Under the pieces are notes generated by a model that was not told where the DNA came from, did no database searches, and saw only the letters and a program-made list of their open reading frames with translations. A DNA stretch of 64,000 nt from a virus. Its lineage: Duplodnaviria; Heunggongvirae; Uroviricota; Caudoviricetes. The translations under genes were made by a program, and so were the position numbers. Below, piece after piece: positions 24,938-35,022 of this stretch; position 1 is the first letter of the stretch, and every line of letters starts with the position of its first letter. The DNA is taken from positions 1-64,000 of the IMG/VR virus record IMGVR_UViG_3300035034_002381, one strand, 5' to 3'.

Positions 24938-25806
24938 TGAACTTTAAAACATATTCACATCTGAAGGAAATTCTTCATGAAAGTGAAAATTATCAAGAAG
25001 TAATACATGAAGCTTTTGAATGGATTGAGGATGATTCTATTTTTGAGGCATACGCGTGGGCTTTTATTAAAAGCCCTGTTAAAGTGACTAAAATGTTTAC
25101 TAATCAAAATAAGCTTACAAAATCTTTAATTAGTCAGGCTGTTATTGATATTGATCTACAGAATCGTAAAGAAGCTGCTAAAAAAATATCTGACCCACAG
25201 AAAGCCAAAAACCAGAGAGAAAAACTCCAACAAGCTCATGACATAAAGAAAAAGGGTTTATCCGATAAAATCAGTGGTATAAAACAAAGAATTGATGATT
25301 TAGCTGGTAGTGATTCTAAACTTCAAGAATTGGCTTCAAATTTAAAAACTAAATCTGGATTAGCTGCTGCAGAGAAATTAATTAAGGCAGCTGATGGGGC
25401 AGAACAGAAAGAATTACAAATTAAGATTAGAAAAAGTAAAGAAAAACTTTCGAGACAAGAAAACATTTTTAAAGAATATGAGTCTAATCTTTCTACTGAG
25501 GATAAAGCTAAAGGTCAAGAACAAGCTAAAACTGCTAAATCTGAAGACGATGGAAAATCTGATTCTACTAAAAAGGATGCAGAGTCTTCTATTGAGGAAA
25601 AAATCGAGGCGGAAAAGGATGCAATTAACGATTTAGTTAGAGAATTTAATGGGAAGAAAAAGAAAATTGCAGAAGCTAGAAAAAGATCGCATATTACACA
25701 AGCAAAATTTGATGAGTTAATGAAAAATCTCATGAAAGAAGGTCACCAAGAAAAAATTGATGTTCATAAAAAGAACATTATAGATTTAAAAAAGAATAGC
25801 AAATAA
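24937..25806 (+). CDS. Lys/Glu-rich coiled-coil hypothetical protein
   Basis: 289 aa; N-terminus MNFKTYSHLKEILHE weakly family-like. Confidence 0.5.
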   Translation: MNFKTYSHLKEILHESENYQEVIHEAFEWIEDDSIFEAYAWAFIKSPVKVTKMFTNQNKLTKSLISQAVIDIDLQNRKEAAKKISDPQKAKNQREKLQQAHDIKKKGLSDKISGIKQRIDDLAGSDSKLQELASNLKTKSGLAAAEKLIKAADGAEQKELQIKIRKSKEKLSRQENIFKEYESNLSTEDKAKGQEQAKTAKSEDDGKSDSTKKDAESSIEEKIEAEKDAINDLVREFNGKKKKIAEARKRSHITQAKFDELMKNLMKEGHQEKIDVHKKNIIDLKKNSK

Positions 25807-26081
25807 TGAAAAAGGCAAGAACATTTACAGAATTTAATGAGTCTATATCAAACGAAGAAGAACTAAATGAAGCAGTCGATGTATTTATCGCAATTGCTGA
25901 AGCTTTAGACGTAAGTTTAGATGTCGCAAAAATGATAGTAGCTTTGGCAGGAGTCACCGGAACAGTAACTTTCGCAGCAGCAATGACAAAAATCCAAGAT
26001 GTATTGGCAAAGAAAAATCCTAAATTATCTAAGAAATTAGGTGATATTACAAAAGGAGCAAATAACGCGAGAACACAATAG
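25806..26081 (+). CDS. small protein with N-terminus MKKARTFTEFNESISNEEELNE
   Basis: 91 aa; family-like N-terminus. Confidence 0.5.
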   Translation: MKKARTFTEFNESISNEEELNEAVDVFIAIAEALDVSLDVAKMIVALAGVTGTVTFAAAMTKIQDVLAKKNPKLSKKLGDITKGANNARTQ

Positions 26082-26085
26082 AAAT

Positions 26086-26505
26086 ATGGATGATATTAGC
26101 AATGGAGGTGGAATTCTCCAAAAAACAAAGATACTTACAGTAACAAATAAGATTGGTTATGCCAAGAATTCTGAGGGTGTGACTTCTGTATTTGCTAATA
26201 CTGATATTGGAGCAGGCGATCTTATCGAGGTTGCGACCCTTCTAGAAGTTTCAGATATGGTGATGACAAATAGAGAAATTGCTGATCATGTTTTTACAGT
26301 AAATCCAGAAAGTAAACAATATGCGATCGGTTTAGGATTTGCTTGTTTATATCAACATAACGATAAACCTAACGCCGAGTGGAATATACCTAGCGATAAA
26401 AAGGAAATCAGATTTACTGCTAAAGACGACATAAAAAAATCTGAAGAAATCACAATTTCATACGGAAAGAATTATTTCCTAAGTAGAGAAAAGAAAGAGG
26501 AATAA
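26086..26505 (+). CDS. SET-domain protein (putative lysine methyltransferase, vSET-sized)
   Basis: About 139 aa; LYQHNDKPNAEW resembles the NHSCxPN pseudoknot region; EEITISYGKNYF resembles the ELxxDYG C-terminal SET motif. Start taken at internal ATG 26086 after the stop of the preceding gene. Confidence 0.5.
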   Translation: MDDISNGGGILQKTKILTVTNKIGYAKNSEGVTSVFANTDIGAGDLIEVATLLEVSDMVMTNREIADHVFTVNPESKQYAIGLGFACLYQHNDKPNAEWNIPSDKKEIRFTAKDDIKKSEEITISYGKNYFLSREKKEE

Positions 26506-26562
26506 ATTTTGGAATAAGCTAAAACATTTGAGGCTTTCATGAATATAAACTAAAAGATATTC

Positions 26563-26973
26563 ATGAAAGCCTTTACTTATGTTATAGATATTGATGACAC
26601 TATCAATATTACCGATAGAGATGAAAATAATATAGGACTGTATTCTCAGTCTCGGCCGATACTTAAAGTTATCAATAAAATTCGAAGACTTAAAAAAGAA
26701 GGCCACAAAATCATACTTTTTACTGCTAGAGGTATGCGTACATTTAATAATGATGTCAAAAAAATCGAAGATTTTCATAGAGAAACACTCGTTAAATGGT
26801 TAAATGACCATGAAGTCCCTTATGACGAACTACAGTTCGGTAAACCATGGGGCCCCCATGTAATATATGTCGATGATCGTGCTGTTACTATTAACCAATT
26901 TGTTTTGGGTGGTCCCGAAAATCACAGAAGTTATACACACATTAACAAAACAGTTATAAATGATGAATTATAA
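26563..26973 (+). CDS. HAD-superfamily phosphatase
   Basis: DxDxT motif YVIDIDDTI near N-terminus; 136 aa. Confidence 0.5.
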   Translation: MKAFTYVIDIDDTINITDRDENNIGLYSQSRPILKVINKIRRLKKEGHKIILFTARGMRTFNNDVKKIEDFHRETLVKWLNDHEVPYDELQFGKPWGPHVIYVDDRAVTINQFVLGGPENHRSYTHINKTVINDEL

Positions 26974-28660
26974 AGTAATTATTCCCGCGGCAGGGAAGGC
27001 ATCAAGACTCAAGCCTTTATCTTCTTCAATGTCAAAATCAATGGTGCCAGTAAATGGTAAACCAATAATTTCATATATTCTTGATCAACTGTTTGAACTA
27101 GGAAATCCATTTCAAATAGTTATTGTTGAAAATGAGCTCGGTGATATTCAAGATTTTGTTAAAAACGCATATCCAAATTATTATGAAGAATCCCGTATTC
27201 TTTTTGCAACTCAAAAAGAAAGGTTAGGTCCTTTGCATGCTATTGAAATTGGTGCAAATAGGTTTCCGGAAAATGATAACATGCCAATTATGGTTTGGCT
27301 CGGAGATACAATCTGTTTGGAAATGGGTGAGTTGCCAGTTAATGAATCTTTATTAATTACATCGCCTGTCGCCGATTATAAAAGATGGTGTTTAGTAGAT
27401 AACGAGAATGTCTTCTATGATAAACCAGATAACAAACCAAGCACTAACCAAGCTTTAATAGGTATATATTATTTCCATGATTTTAAGGCCTTCTACGAGG
27501 CCCTAGATAAGGGAATGCAAGCTCCTATGATTAAAGATGAACATCAAATATCGGCTTTATTAGAAGCATATAAAAAACAACATATATTCAAAATCAGAAA
27601 AACTGATGAATGGTTTGATTGTGGTGAGTTACATACATTTTATGAATCTAAAGCAAGACTTCTTGGAAGATCTGCCAGGTCATTTAATAGTCTAGAAGTA
27701 AATACATTCCATAACACAATTACTAAATCTTCATTAACATTCGAAGGTAAACTGAAAATTGAGAATGAAAAAAATTGGTATTTAGGTTTACCTGAGAATA
27801 TTCAGATTCTCACACCTAGAGTATTAAAATCAAATTCAGGTACGCTAGTTATGTCGCAAGAACCTGGAACACCTCTTAATGAAATGTGGCTTTATGAGGA
27901 TTTGACTGATGATACATGGAAAAGAATAATTGATAAAACGTTACTTATACACAATAAAATTTTCTATCAATCTAGATATATTCCTAAATCTTCTAAATTA
28001 GATAGATTTGCTGCAAGAAAGGAAATGTATCTGACTAAAAATATTGACAGATTGACAGAAATTTCATTCCTGCCTTTTGCACAGAAAAATATAAAAATGA
28101 TTCGAGATTTTGTGCGGGTTACTGGTGAATTATTAATTGAAGATGAAGGTCGTTGGTCGCCACATTTTCATGGAGATTCTCACATGGGTAATATTTTATT
28201 TGAACCTTTACAGGGAAGTATGAAATTTTTGGATCCACGTGGAAAGTTTGGAAATATCGTAGGCATTGAGGGCGATATGTATTATGATATGGCTAAAATT
28301 GCGCAAGATTTTCTTTTACGCTATCCTGAAATTTTATCTGGTCATTATCATTTTAGTGGAGATAATTTTGACCAGCTTGAATTTTATAGAAATGACGAGA
28401 GATCTAAAACTATGCTAAAACATTTCAGAAAAAGAATTGGTGAATATGGTTATATTCCTAATCTTGTTTTAATGTTAGCAACTGTGCTTATCATAACTTG
28501 TATACCTTTTCATAAAGACGATCCAGAAAGACAAAAAGCATTTTGGTATATGGCAGTAAATGTTATTAAAGAAAGAGGGTGGAATATCCAACTCGAAGAT
28601 CATCTCAAAAAACAAAAATTACAATTATCAGACAAGATACATAATCTATACAACTTATAA
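26960..28660 (+). CDS. bifunctional sugar/alcohol-phosphate nucleotidyltransferase (LicC/RmlA-like N-terminus) plus choline/aminoglycoside-kinase-like domain (LicA-like C-terminus)
   Basis: N-terminus KVIIPAAGKASRLKPLS...MVPVNGKPIISYILDQL (GxGxR nucleotidyltransferase motif); C-terminus HFHGDSHMGNILFEP and IEGDMYYDMAKIAQDF (kinase-fold catalytic motifs). Confidence 0.6.
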   Translation: MMNYKVIIPAAGKASRLKPLSSSMSKSMVPVNGKPIISYILDQLFELGNPFQIVIVENELGDIQDFVKNAYPNYYEESRILFATQKERLGPLHAIEIGANRFPENDNMPIMVWLGDTICLEMGELPVNESLLITSPVADYKRWCLVDNENVFYDKPDNKPSTNQALIGIYYFHDFKAFYEALDKGMQAPMIKDEHQISALLEAYKKQHIFKIRKTDEWFDCGELHTFYESKARLLGRSARSFNSLEVNTFHNTITKSSLTFEGKLKIENEKNWYLGLPENIQILTPRVLKSNSGTLVMSQEPGTPLNEMWLYEDLTDDTWKRIIDKTLLIHNKIFYQSRYIPKSSKLDRFAARKEMYLTKNIDRLTEISFLPFAQKNIKMIRDFVRVTGELLIEDEGRWSPHFHGDSHMGNILFEPLQGSMKFLDPRGKFGNIVGIEGDMYYDMAKIAQDFLLRYPEILSGHYHFSGDNFDQLEFYRNDERSKTMLKHFRKRIGEYGYIPNLVLMLATVLIITCIPFHKDDPERQKAFWYMAVNVIKERGWNIQLEDHLKKQKLQLSDKIHNLYNL

Positions 28661-28670
28661 AAAACATACT

Positions 28671-28949
28671 ATGAGCAAAGATTTAGAAAAAGCTAGTGAG
28701 ACACTAGAAGAAACATTGACAGATATCCAAAAGGTGGCAGCTGCTAATTTTTATGATATTGTACAAATTAGTTTAGCCGATAAAGAAGGTAAAGTAGTTG
28801 GTAAAGCTTCTATGAAATATGAAGATATTTTAGCAATGACTAAGATGCATACACAAGATTCTTCACACGTTGTAGGAATGTTATTTCATGCAGTCGAATC
28901 AGAAACTCGTAACAAATTACGAGAAGAAAAAGAAAATGAAGCCAAATGA
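28671..28949 (+). CDS. hypothetical protein
   Basis: Internal ATG of listed ORF 28560..28949 chosen to avoid overlap with upstream gene. Confidence 0.4.
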   Translation: MSKDLEKASETLEETLTDIQKVAAANFYDIVQISLADKEGKVVGKASMKYEDILAMTKMHTQDSSHVVGMLFHAVESETRNKLREEKENEAK

Positions 28950-29134
28950 TTTTTAAAGTAAGAGTAGAAGAAAAGAGCATAGAAGATGTTATAGAACTTA
29001 TTGAAACAGGAGAAGGGAAAAAAGGTCTCCAATTTGATCTATATAATGAAAAACCATATTTTTCACATGTAGAAATTTTCGTTAATACTGATGATTTCTA
29101 CACATTAAAGGATTATTTAAATGAACAAACCTAA
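28946..29134 (+). CDS. small hypothetical protein
   Basis: 62 aa; ATGA overlap. Confidence 0.35.
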   Translation: MIFKVRVEEKSIEDVIELIETGEGKKGLQFDLYNEKPYFSHVEIFVNTDDFYTLKDYLNEQT

Positions 29135-31064
29135 GACTATATGTCTTGTTATGATTGTAAAAAATGAGGCAAAAAATTTACCTCGTTGTTTTTCTACGAT
29201 CAAACATATTATTGATTATTGGGTAATTGTTGATACTGGTTCAACTGATAACACACAGGAAGTTATACAGAAAGAGTTAGCCGATATTCCTGGTGTATTA
29301 ATGGAAAGACCGTGGGTCAATTTTGGTCATAATAGATCCGAATCTTTGGCTTTTGCTAAAAACAGAGCAGATTATCTTTTGCTTTGTGATGCTGATGAAC
29401 AAATTATACCTACACACAATTTTGACAAATCTGAGTTGACTCTTGATCAATATCATTTAAGATATAATGGGAGCTTAGATTATATGGTTCCTTATCTTAT
29501 TAAGTCTAATTTGGCTTGGAGATTTGTAGGAGTTACCCATGAATTTTTGACAGCAAGTGACACAAAATCTTCAGGTGAGATTAAAAGCCTTTCAATTAAA
29601 GATTGGGGAGATGGTGGAGCAAAATCTGATAAATTTGAAAGAGACATTAAATTGCTCGAACAAGGTTTGATTGATGAACCGAAGAATGTTAGGTATATGT
29701 TTTATCTAGCAAATTCTTATAAGAATACTAAGGATTTTGATAACGCAATCAAATGGTATAAAAAACGTATCGATGCAGGGGGTTGGATAGAAGAAGTTAC
29801 ATGTTCATATGAATATATGGGAGGATGTTATCAGCAGAAAAATGACCACGGGAATGCGATTAAAACATGGATAGATGGTTATGAATTTAATCCTTCTCGT
29901 GCTGAGTGTTTATATGAGGCAGGTAAATTACTTCGTGAAGAAAATAAGAATAGAATAGCTTACGAATTTTTACAAAAGGCTAAAGAAATTCCATATCCTA
30001 CTAACGATAGATTATTTATCAAAAGAGATGTTTATGAATATTTGATAGATTATGAACTGACTATTTGTGCATATTATGTTAAACCAGAATATGATATGAC
30101 CGAGACATTTAAAAGGCTAATCTTTTGGCCAAGTCATTTACAACAAAACATTATACAAAATTTTAAGTTTTGGGCTAAAGATTTGAATACACTTATAGGT
30201 CAAGAGGAAAGTATGATCTTGGCTAAAGATTTGATTAGTAATGATTTGGTTGAGGGTTTTACACCTAGTTCCCCATCAATTCTTTTTCATAAAAATCGCA
30301 AGTACATAAATGTGCGCCAAGTATCATATAAAATTGACGAAAATGGTAAGTATTTAGATCGTGCAAGTGGAGGTCATTGTAAACATGTGAATACAATTAA
30401 CACAATGTATTGGACTGATGGACCCTCATATGACACGGAAAATTTTAAACCCAATGATATTTCTACTAAACATGTGAATGGTATTGAAGATCTAAAACTA
30501 TATACACACAATGGAGTAATCAAATACACTGGGACAAAATGGTTGGATTATAACAAAATTTCTATAGTTATTGGTGAGTATACTAAAGAAGGTCTAGATA
30601 ATTATGCTATTCTAGAGTCTCCAGAAGGAAGGAATGTTGAAAAAAATTGGGTACCGTTTGGATTAGATAATGAAGAACTTTTTGTATATGATTGGAATCC
30701 AATAAAAATTGGAAGAATCAAAAATAATAAACTAGTAATCAAAAATTTAAAAACTAGTTTTCCTAACTTGCGTGGATCAGCTCCTGGTAAACTTATTGGA
30801 GATCATATCTATTTTTTATGTCATTTTGTAGAATATTCTACACCAAGAATTTACTATCATATCTTCATTAAAATGCATAAAGATAATTGGGAAAAAATCG
30901 AGATTTCTAAACCGTTTGTTTTTGAAAAACCACAAATAGAATATTCAGTAGGATTTGATTATAATATTAAGACTGATGATATACATATTGCATATAGTGT
31001 AAATGATTCGAATGCAAGAATCAAATCTTATTCACAAACACAATTTCAAAAACTTTTTACTTAA
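29121..31064 (+). CDS. family 2 glycosyltransferase with TPR-like middle region and extra C-terminal domain
   Basis: TICLVMIVKNEAKNLPRCFSTIKHIIDYWVIVDTGSTDNT is typical of GT2 N-terminal DXD fold. Confidence 0.6.
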   Translation: MNKPKTICLVMIVKNEAKNLPRCFSTIKHIIDYWVIVDTGSTDNTQEVIQKELADIPGVLMERPWVNFGHNRSESLAFAKNRADYLLLCDADEQIIPTHNFDKSELTLDQYHLRYNGSLDYMVPYLIKSNLAWRFVGVTHEFLTASDTKSSGEIKSLSIKDWGDGGAKSDKFERDIKLLEQGLIDEPKNVRYMFYLANSYKNTKDFDNAIKWYKKRIDAGGWIEEVTCSYEYMGGCYQQKNDHGNAIKTWIDGYEFNPSRAECLYEAGKLLREENKNRIAYEFLQKAKEIPYPTNDRLFIKRDVYEYLIDYELTICAYYVKPEYDMTETFKRLIFWPSHLQQNIIQNFKFWAKDLNTLIGQEESMILAKDLISNDLVEGFTPSSPSILFHKNRKYINVRQVSYKIDENGKYLDRASGGHCKHVNTINTMYWTDGPSYDTENFKPNDISTKHVNGIEDLKLYTHNGVIKYTGTKWLDYNKISIVIGEYTKEGLDNYAILESPEGRNVEKNWVPFGLDNEELFVYDWNPIKIGRIKNNKLVIKNLKTSFPNLRGSAPGKLIGDHIYFLCHFVEYSTPRIYYHIFIKMHKDNWEKIEISKPFVFEKPQIEYSVGFDYNIKTDDIHIAYSVNDSNARIKSYSQTQFQKLFT

Positions 31065-32362
31065 TGTACATTATAAAAAACAATAAACTTGAATCTACTG
31101 ATAATATCGATTTATTTTTTAATGAGATAAATGTTGGACAACATATTGCTAAATATGGATATTTCGAAAGTGACCTTATTAATTGGTTAAAGCTTACATA
31201 TAAAAATAATGATAAAATCTTTTTAGATTTAGGAGCGCACATAGGTTCATATTCAATAGAATTAGCAGAAAATTTTCATTCAGTTCATTCATTTGAACCT
31301 AATCCAACAGTCTATAATCATTTATGTGCTAATGTTGCATTAAAGAGATTATCAAATAGGGTATTTCCACACAGAGTTGCATTATCGGATAATAAATCTA
31401 AACAGCCATATTATGAGAGATCCAAAGATGGTGGAGGTAATGGAATTGAAGTTGTAAGAGAGAACGATAAGCACTCATTCTTTGTAGAATCTAAATGTTT
31501 AGATGATTATTCTTTCGATAAAGAAATCGGTTTGATTAAAATTGATATCGAAGGTCATGAGTATAAAGCTATTTTGGGTGCATATGAAACTTTGAAAAAC
31601 TCATATTTCCCACCTATAATTTTCGAATCTTGGGCGCAAAATACACACCCAGAATATTCACAAGAAATACTTTTAGAAATTCGTGATAAAACATTTGATG
31701 TATTAAAGGATTATGGATACACTGTTAAATCCATAAGTGGATATAATGAAATGTTTATTGCTGTTCAAGAGCGTGAAAAATCTCAAGAAGATATTATTGT
31801 TGAAGGTCTTTTGACAGATAAGTTAGACGTATGGCTTAACTCACCTGGAGGGACTCGAAGCAATTATATAGCCGATGTTCTAGAAAAAAGTAATTTAAGA
31901 GTGAGAAACGAATCCTGGTATAAGTATGGTTGTCATTGGACTTCTCCTTTATTTGAAAGGGAATTTAAAACTACAAGATTGTTTTGCTACACTAGCGATA
32001 TCGGACTCGCATTGACAAGTCAGTTAAATGCCAATACTATTGATAAACTGAATTTTGCAGATTTTTATAATGAACCATGGGATTTATATCGATGGATACA
32101 AAATATTAAAAAACAAGTGATTAACTGGTCGGATCCTGGCGTATTCTTTTTAAATACCGACTATTTAAATGATAAAGATATTCAGTCTGAATTTAAAACT
32201 CTTACTGGAGATAGTTTAGACATATCAGATTTCAGACTTGACCGTAAATCTAAAAAATTACATCCTGCATTAATACAATACATGGATGAGATTAATGAGA
32301 TTAATGAGTTATTAGCAAAATTACCTAATGCCGGTTTTGGCGGAGAAGTTGATGAAGGTTAA
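31064..32362 (+). CDS. FkbM-family SAM-dependent methyltransferase, two-domain
   Basis: FLDLGAHIGSYSIELAE (FkbM glycine-rich motif) in N-terminal domain. Confidence 0.5.
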   Translation: MYIIKNNKLESTDNIDLFFNEINVGQHIAKYGYFESDLINWLKLTYKNNDKIFLDLGAHIGSYSIELAENFHSVHSFEPNPTVYNHLCANVALKRLSNRVFPHRVALSDNKSKQPYYERSKDGGGNGIEVVRENDKHSFFVESKCLDDYSFDKEIGLIKIDIEGHEYKAILGAYETLKNSYFPPIIFESWAQNTHPEYSQEILLEIRDKTFDVLKDYGYTVKSISGYNEMFIAVQEREKSQEDIIVEGLLTDKLDVWLNSPGGTRSNYIADVLEKSNLRVRNESWYKYGCHWTSPLFEREFKTTRLFCYTSDIGLALTSQLNANTIDKLNFADFYNEPWDLYRWIQNIKKQVINWSDPGVFFLNTDYLNDKDIQSEFKTLTGDSLDISDFRLDRKSKKLHPALIQYMDEINEINELLAKLPNAGFGGEVDEG

Positions 32363-32816
32363 AAATATGAAATTAGAAATTGATTTTAGTTTGAGCGATT
32401 TAAAAAATAATTGGAAACCAAAAATTAAGATTTGGTTATCATGGGAGTACTAAAGGTGATAAGATAGAATTTGAAATGTATTTTGATGAATATCACAGTG
32501 AATGGACTTCTTTTAAAGATAAAGCGTTTAAAGGATTTGTTCTTAAAAAAATAGATAGAATATTAGACGAAAATTGTTAAAAGTCAAATATTTTGATTAT
32601 ATTTATCCTAAATTAATAACAATGGAATATAAATATAATGAGCTGGAAAAACTTCTTATTCTTATGGGTAAAAAATATCCAAATGACCATGATCTTGGCA
32701 ATCAAGCGCGTAAACTTATTCAAAAGATCAAAGAAAAATAAATTCAATCCAATAGCTGATTGGAGGCCGTTAACTGAGGAAGAATTAAAGTCAAATCTTT
32801 TTAAACCACCCTTTTA

Positions 32817-33455
32817 ATGAACATATTTGTTCTTGACGAAAATGTCAAAAAATGTGCCGAATATCATTGTGATAAACATGTTGTCAAAATGATTACTGAG
32901 CATAATCAAATTTTGGGTTCGATTTCTTATTTACGTAGAGGTATTTCTAAAAAATCGGAAATAACTGATGAATTTATTCAACAACATTTCCAAAATTTTC
33001 CTAGAAAAAAATTAGCAATTGATATGGATTCATTACCCATTGCTGATCATTCGCCACTTATCAAAAAATTATGGAATTTTGTAAAACCCGCAGAATTGTC
33101 TTGGCCGTACGGTATTGGTTATAAAAATCATCCATGTACACAATGGGCTAATGCGTCTAAAGAAAATTATGATTGGCTATGCTCACTCAATCTTGAATTG
33201 TGTAAAGAATATACTAAACGATATAATCGTCGACATGCTGGTGAGGATATTACTCAATGGTATATTGAAAACGCACCATATCTACCGAATTCTGGCATGA
33301 CTCCATTTGTTTTAGCTATGCCTGATGATTGTAAATCTGATGATCCAGTTGAATCTTATCGAATTTACTACATTTATCATAAATATAAATTTGCCAAATG
33401 GAAAACAAAAGTTCCAAATTGGTATATAAACGTTATAAAACATCAAGAAATATGA
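32817..33455 (+). CDS. hypothetical protein
   Basis: 212 aa. Confidence 0.5.
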   Translation: MNIFVLDENVKKCAEYHCDKHVVKMITEHNQILGSISYLRRGISKKSEITDEFIQQHFQNFPRKKLAIDMDSLPIADHSPLIKKLWNFVKPAELSWPYGIGYKNHPCTQWANASKENYDWLCSLNLELCKEYTKRYNRRHAGEDITQWYIENAPYLPNSGMTPFVLAMPDDCKSDDPVESYRIYYIYHKYKFAKWKTKVPNWYINVIKHQEI

Positions 33456-34009
33456 CAATCAAACACAGAATAACTGATTCTGAAAATACCCATGTTATGC
33501 TCGACATAGAAACTTTGGGTACTGGTGCTAATGCAATCATTTTACAGATTGCAATGGTCAAATTTGGTCTTAACGATCAAAATGGTGAAACAATGAAAAC
33601 TATAGTTAATGTTTTTCCTTGTATCAAAGAACAACATGATGAAGGTAGAACAATGACTTTCGATACAGTTAACTGGTGGCTTGGTCCAGATCATGTGAGC
33701 ATATTAGCAAATCTGCGGAAACAGGAAACATCCAATTTGGTAGATGTTAGATCTCAAATAGCTAAGCACATGGAAGAATTTAGGAAATCGGGAGTTCATC
33801 TGTGGGCAAGGTCACCCAAATTTGACATCAAGATTTTAGAAGATTTTTTAGGAACAGATGTGCCAGAACATTCCCGAAGGCACCAAAGAGATGTTAGAGA
33901 ATATGAATTTATTTCGGGCGATCGCCCAGGTGCATCCCATGATGCAGAAGATGATTGTATTCAACAAATTATATTAGTCACTAATGTTATTCAAAGACTT
34001 TTTATATGA
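33452..34009 (+). CDS. DEDDh 3'-5' exonuclease (DnaQ/oligoribonuclease-like)
   Basis: Exo I motif VMLDIETLG; C-terminal HDAEDD (H-x4-D); start at internal ATG with 4-nt overlap. Confidence 0.55.
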   Translation: MTIKHRITDSENTHVMLDIETLGTGANAIILQIAMVKFGLNDQNGETMKTIVNVFPCIKEQHDEGRTMTFDTVNWWLGPDHVSILANLRKQETSNLVDVRSQIAKHMEEFRKSGVHLWARSPKFDIKILEDFLGTDVPEHSRRHQRDVREYEFISGDRPGASHDAEDDCIQQIILVTNVIQRLFI

Positions 34010-34122
34010 TAACCTCGATAGTAGAAATTATTAAAGAATCTCTAATTGGTAAATCAGTTATAGTTGCCGAGTATTACCCGGATAACAATGAGGGAAATTA
34101 CAAATTCTAAAATAAAGTTAAC

Positions 34123-35022
34123 ATGATATCAGAAGAAAAATTTCCCGATGGACAAATTAATTTTAAAGCAAATACAGAGGACATCAAAAGTCTTTTAACA
34201 CCACCATACATTTTATCAAATGATAATGCGATAAATTTTACAATTGATCTAAGTAACTGGGATAAATTTCAAACTTTGTTGGCAGCCAATGCAAAATTTA
34301 GACAAACGCACAAACAAATTAATTTACATATAGGTTATCTTTTTGGTTCAAGAAGTGACCGTAAATTTGAACATGACGGAATTAACTATTTTCGTGATGT
34401 AATTGCTAAAACAATCAATGATCAAAATTTCAACAAAGTTACTGTATTTGATCCACACTCACTTGCAGTAGAAAATGCAATTAATAATTGTGAGAGTATT
34501 CATCCGTTCCCACAAATCAATCACCATTTTTTAAATATGGTTGGAAATTTAGATTTATCTGAATATGAAATTGTTATAGCGTCTCCAGACCTTGGGGCAT
34601 ACAAAAAAGTCTTTGGAATTTTTGCTAAATTTTCCGAAAAATATCCAAACATACATTTTAATTTTATTTCCGCAAATAAAATTCGTAGTCTGTCTGGTGA
34701 TATTTCTATGGTTTTAAATCCACCATATAAAGAATTTGACAAATCAAAAAAACGAATTCTATATTTAATTGATGATATTTGTGATGGCGGGAGGACCTTT
34801 ATAGAATTTGCTAAACTTCTTAACGAAGATTTTGAGAAAAAGTATCTATATGTATCACATGGAATATTTTCTAAAGGTCTTGATCCATTATTAGAACATT
34901 TCGATAAAATTTTTACTACAAACAGTATTTCGAATACTTATATCAAATATCTAACAAACGATAATACCATTCTAAATTCTAACATTCTTTTTACCACATT
35001 TATTTCGCAACGCAATGAATAA
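34123..35022 (+). CDS. ribose-phosphate pyrophosphokinase (Prs) homolog; could be an Adps-type enzyme
   Basis: 299 aa; PRPP-binding loop ILYLIDDICDGGRTF; VTVFDPHS resembles Prs DLHA region. Confidence 0.55.
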   Translation: MISEEKFPDGQINFKANTEDIKSLLTPPYILSNDNAINFTIDLSNWDKFQTLLAANAKFRQTHKQINLHIGYLFGSRSDRKFEHDGINYFRDVIAKTINDQNFNKVTVFDPHSLAVENAINNCESIHPFPQINHHFLNMVGNLDLSEYEIVIASPDLGAYKKVFGIFAKFSEKYPNIHFNFISANKIRSLSGDISMVLNPPYKEFDKSKKRILYLIDDICDGGRTFIEFAKLLNEDFEKKYLYVSHGIFSKGLDPLLEHFDKIFTTNSISNTYIKYLTNDNTILNSNILFTTFISQRNE

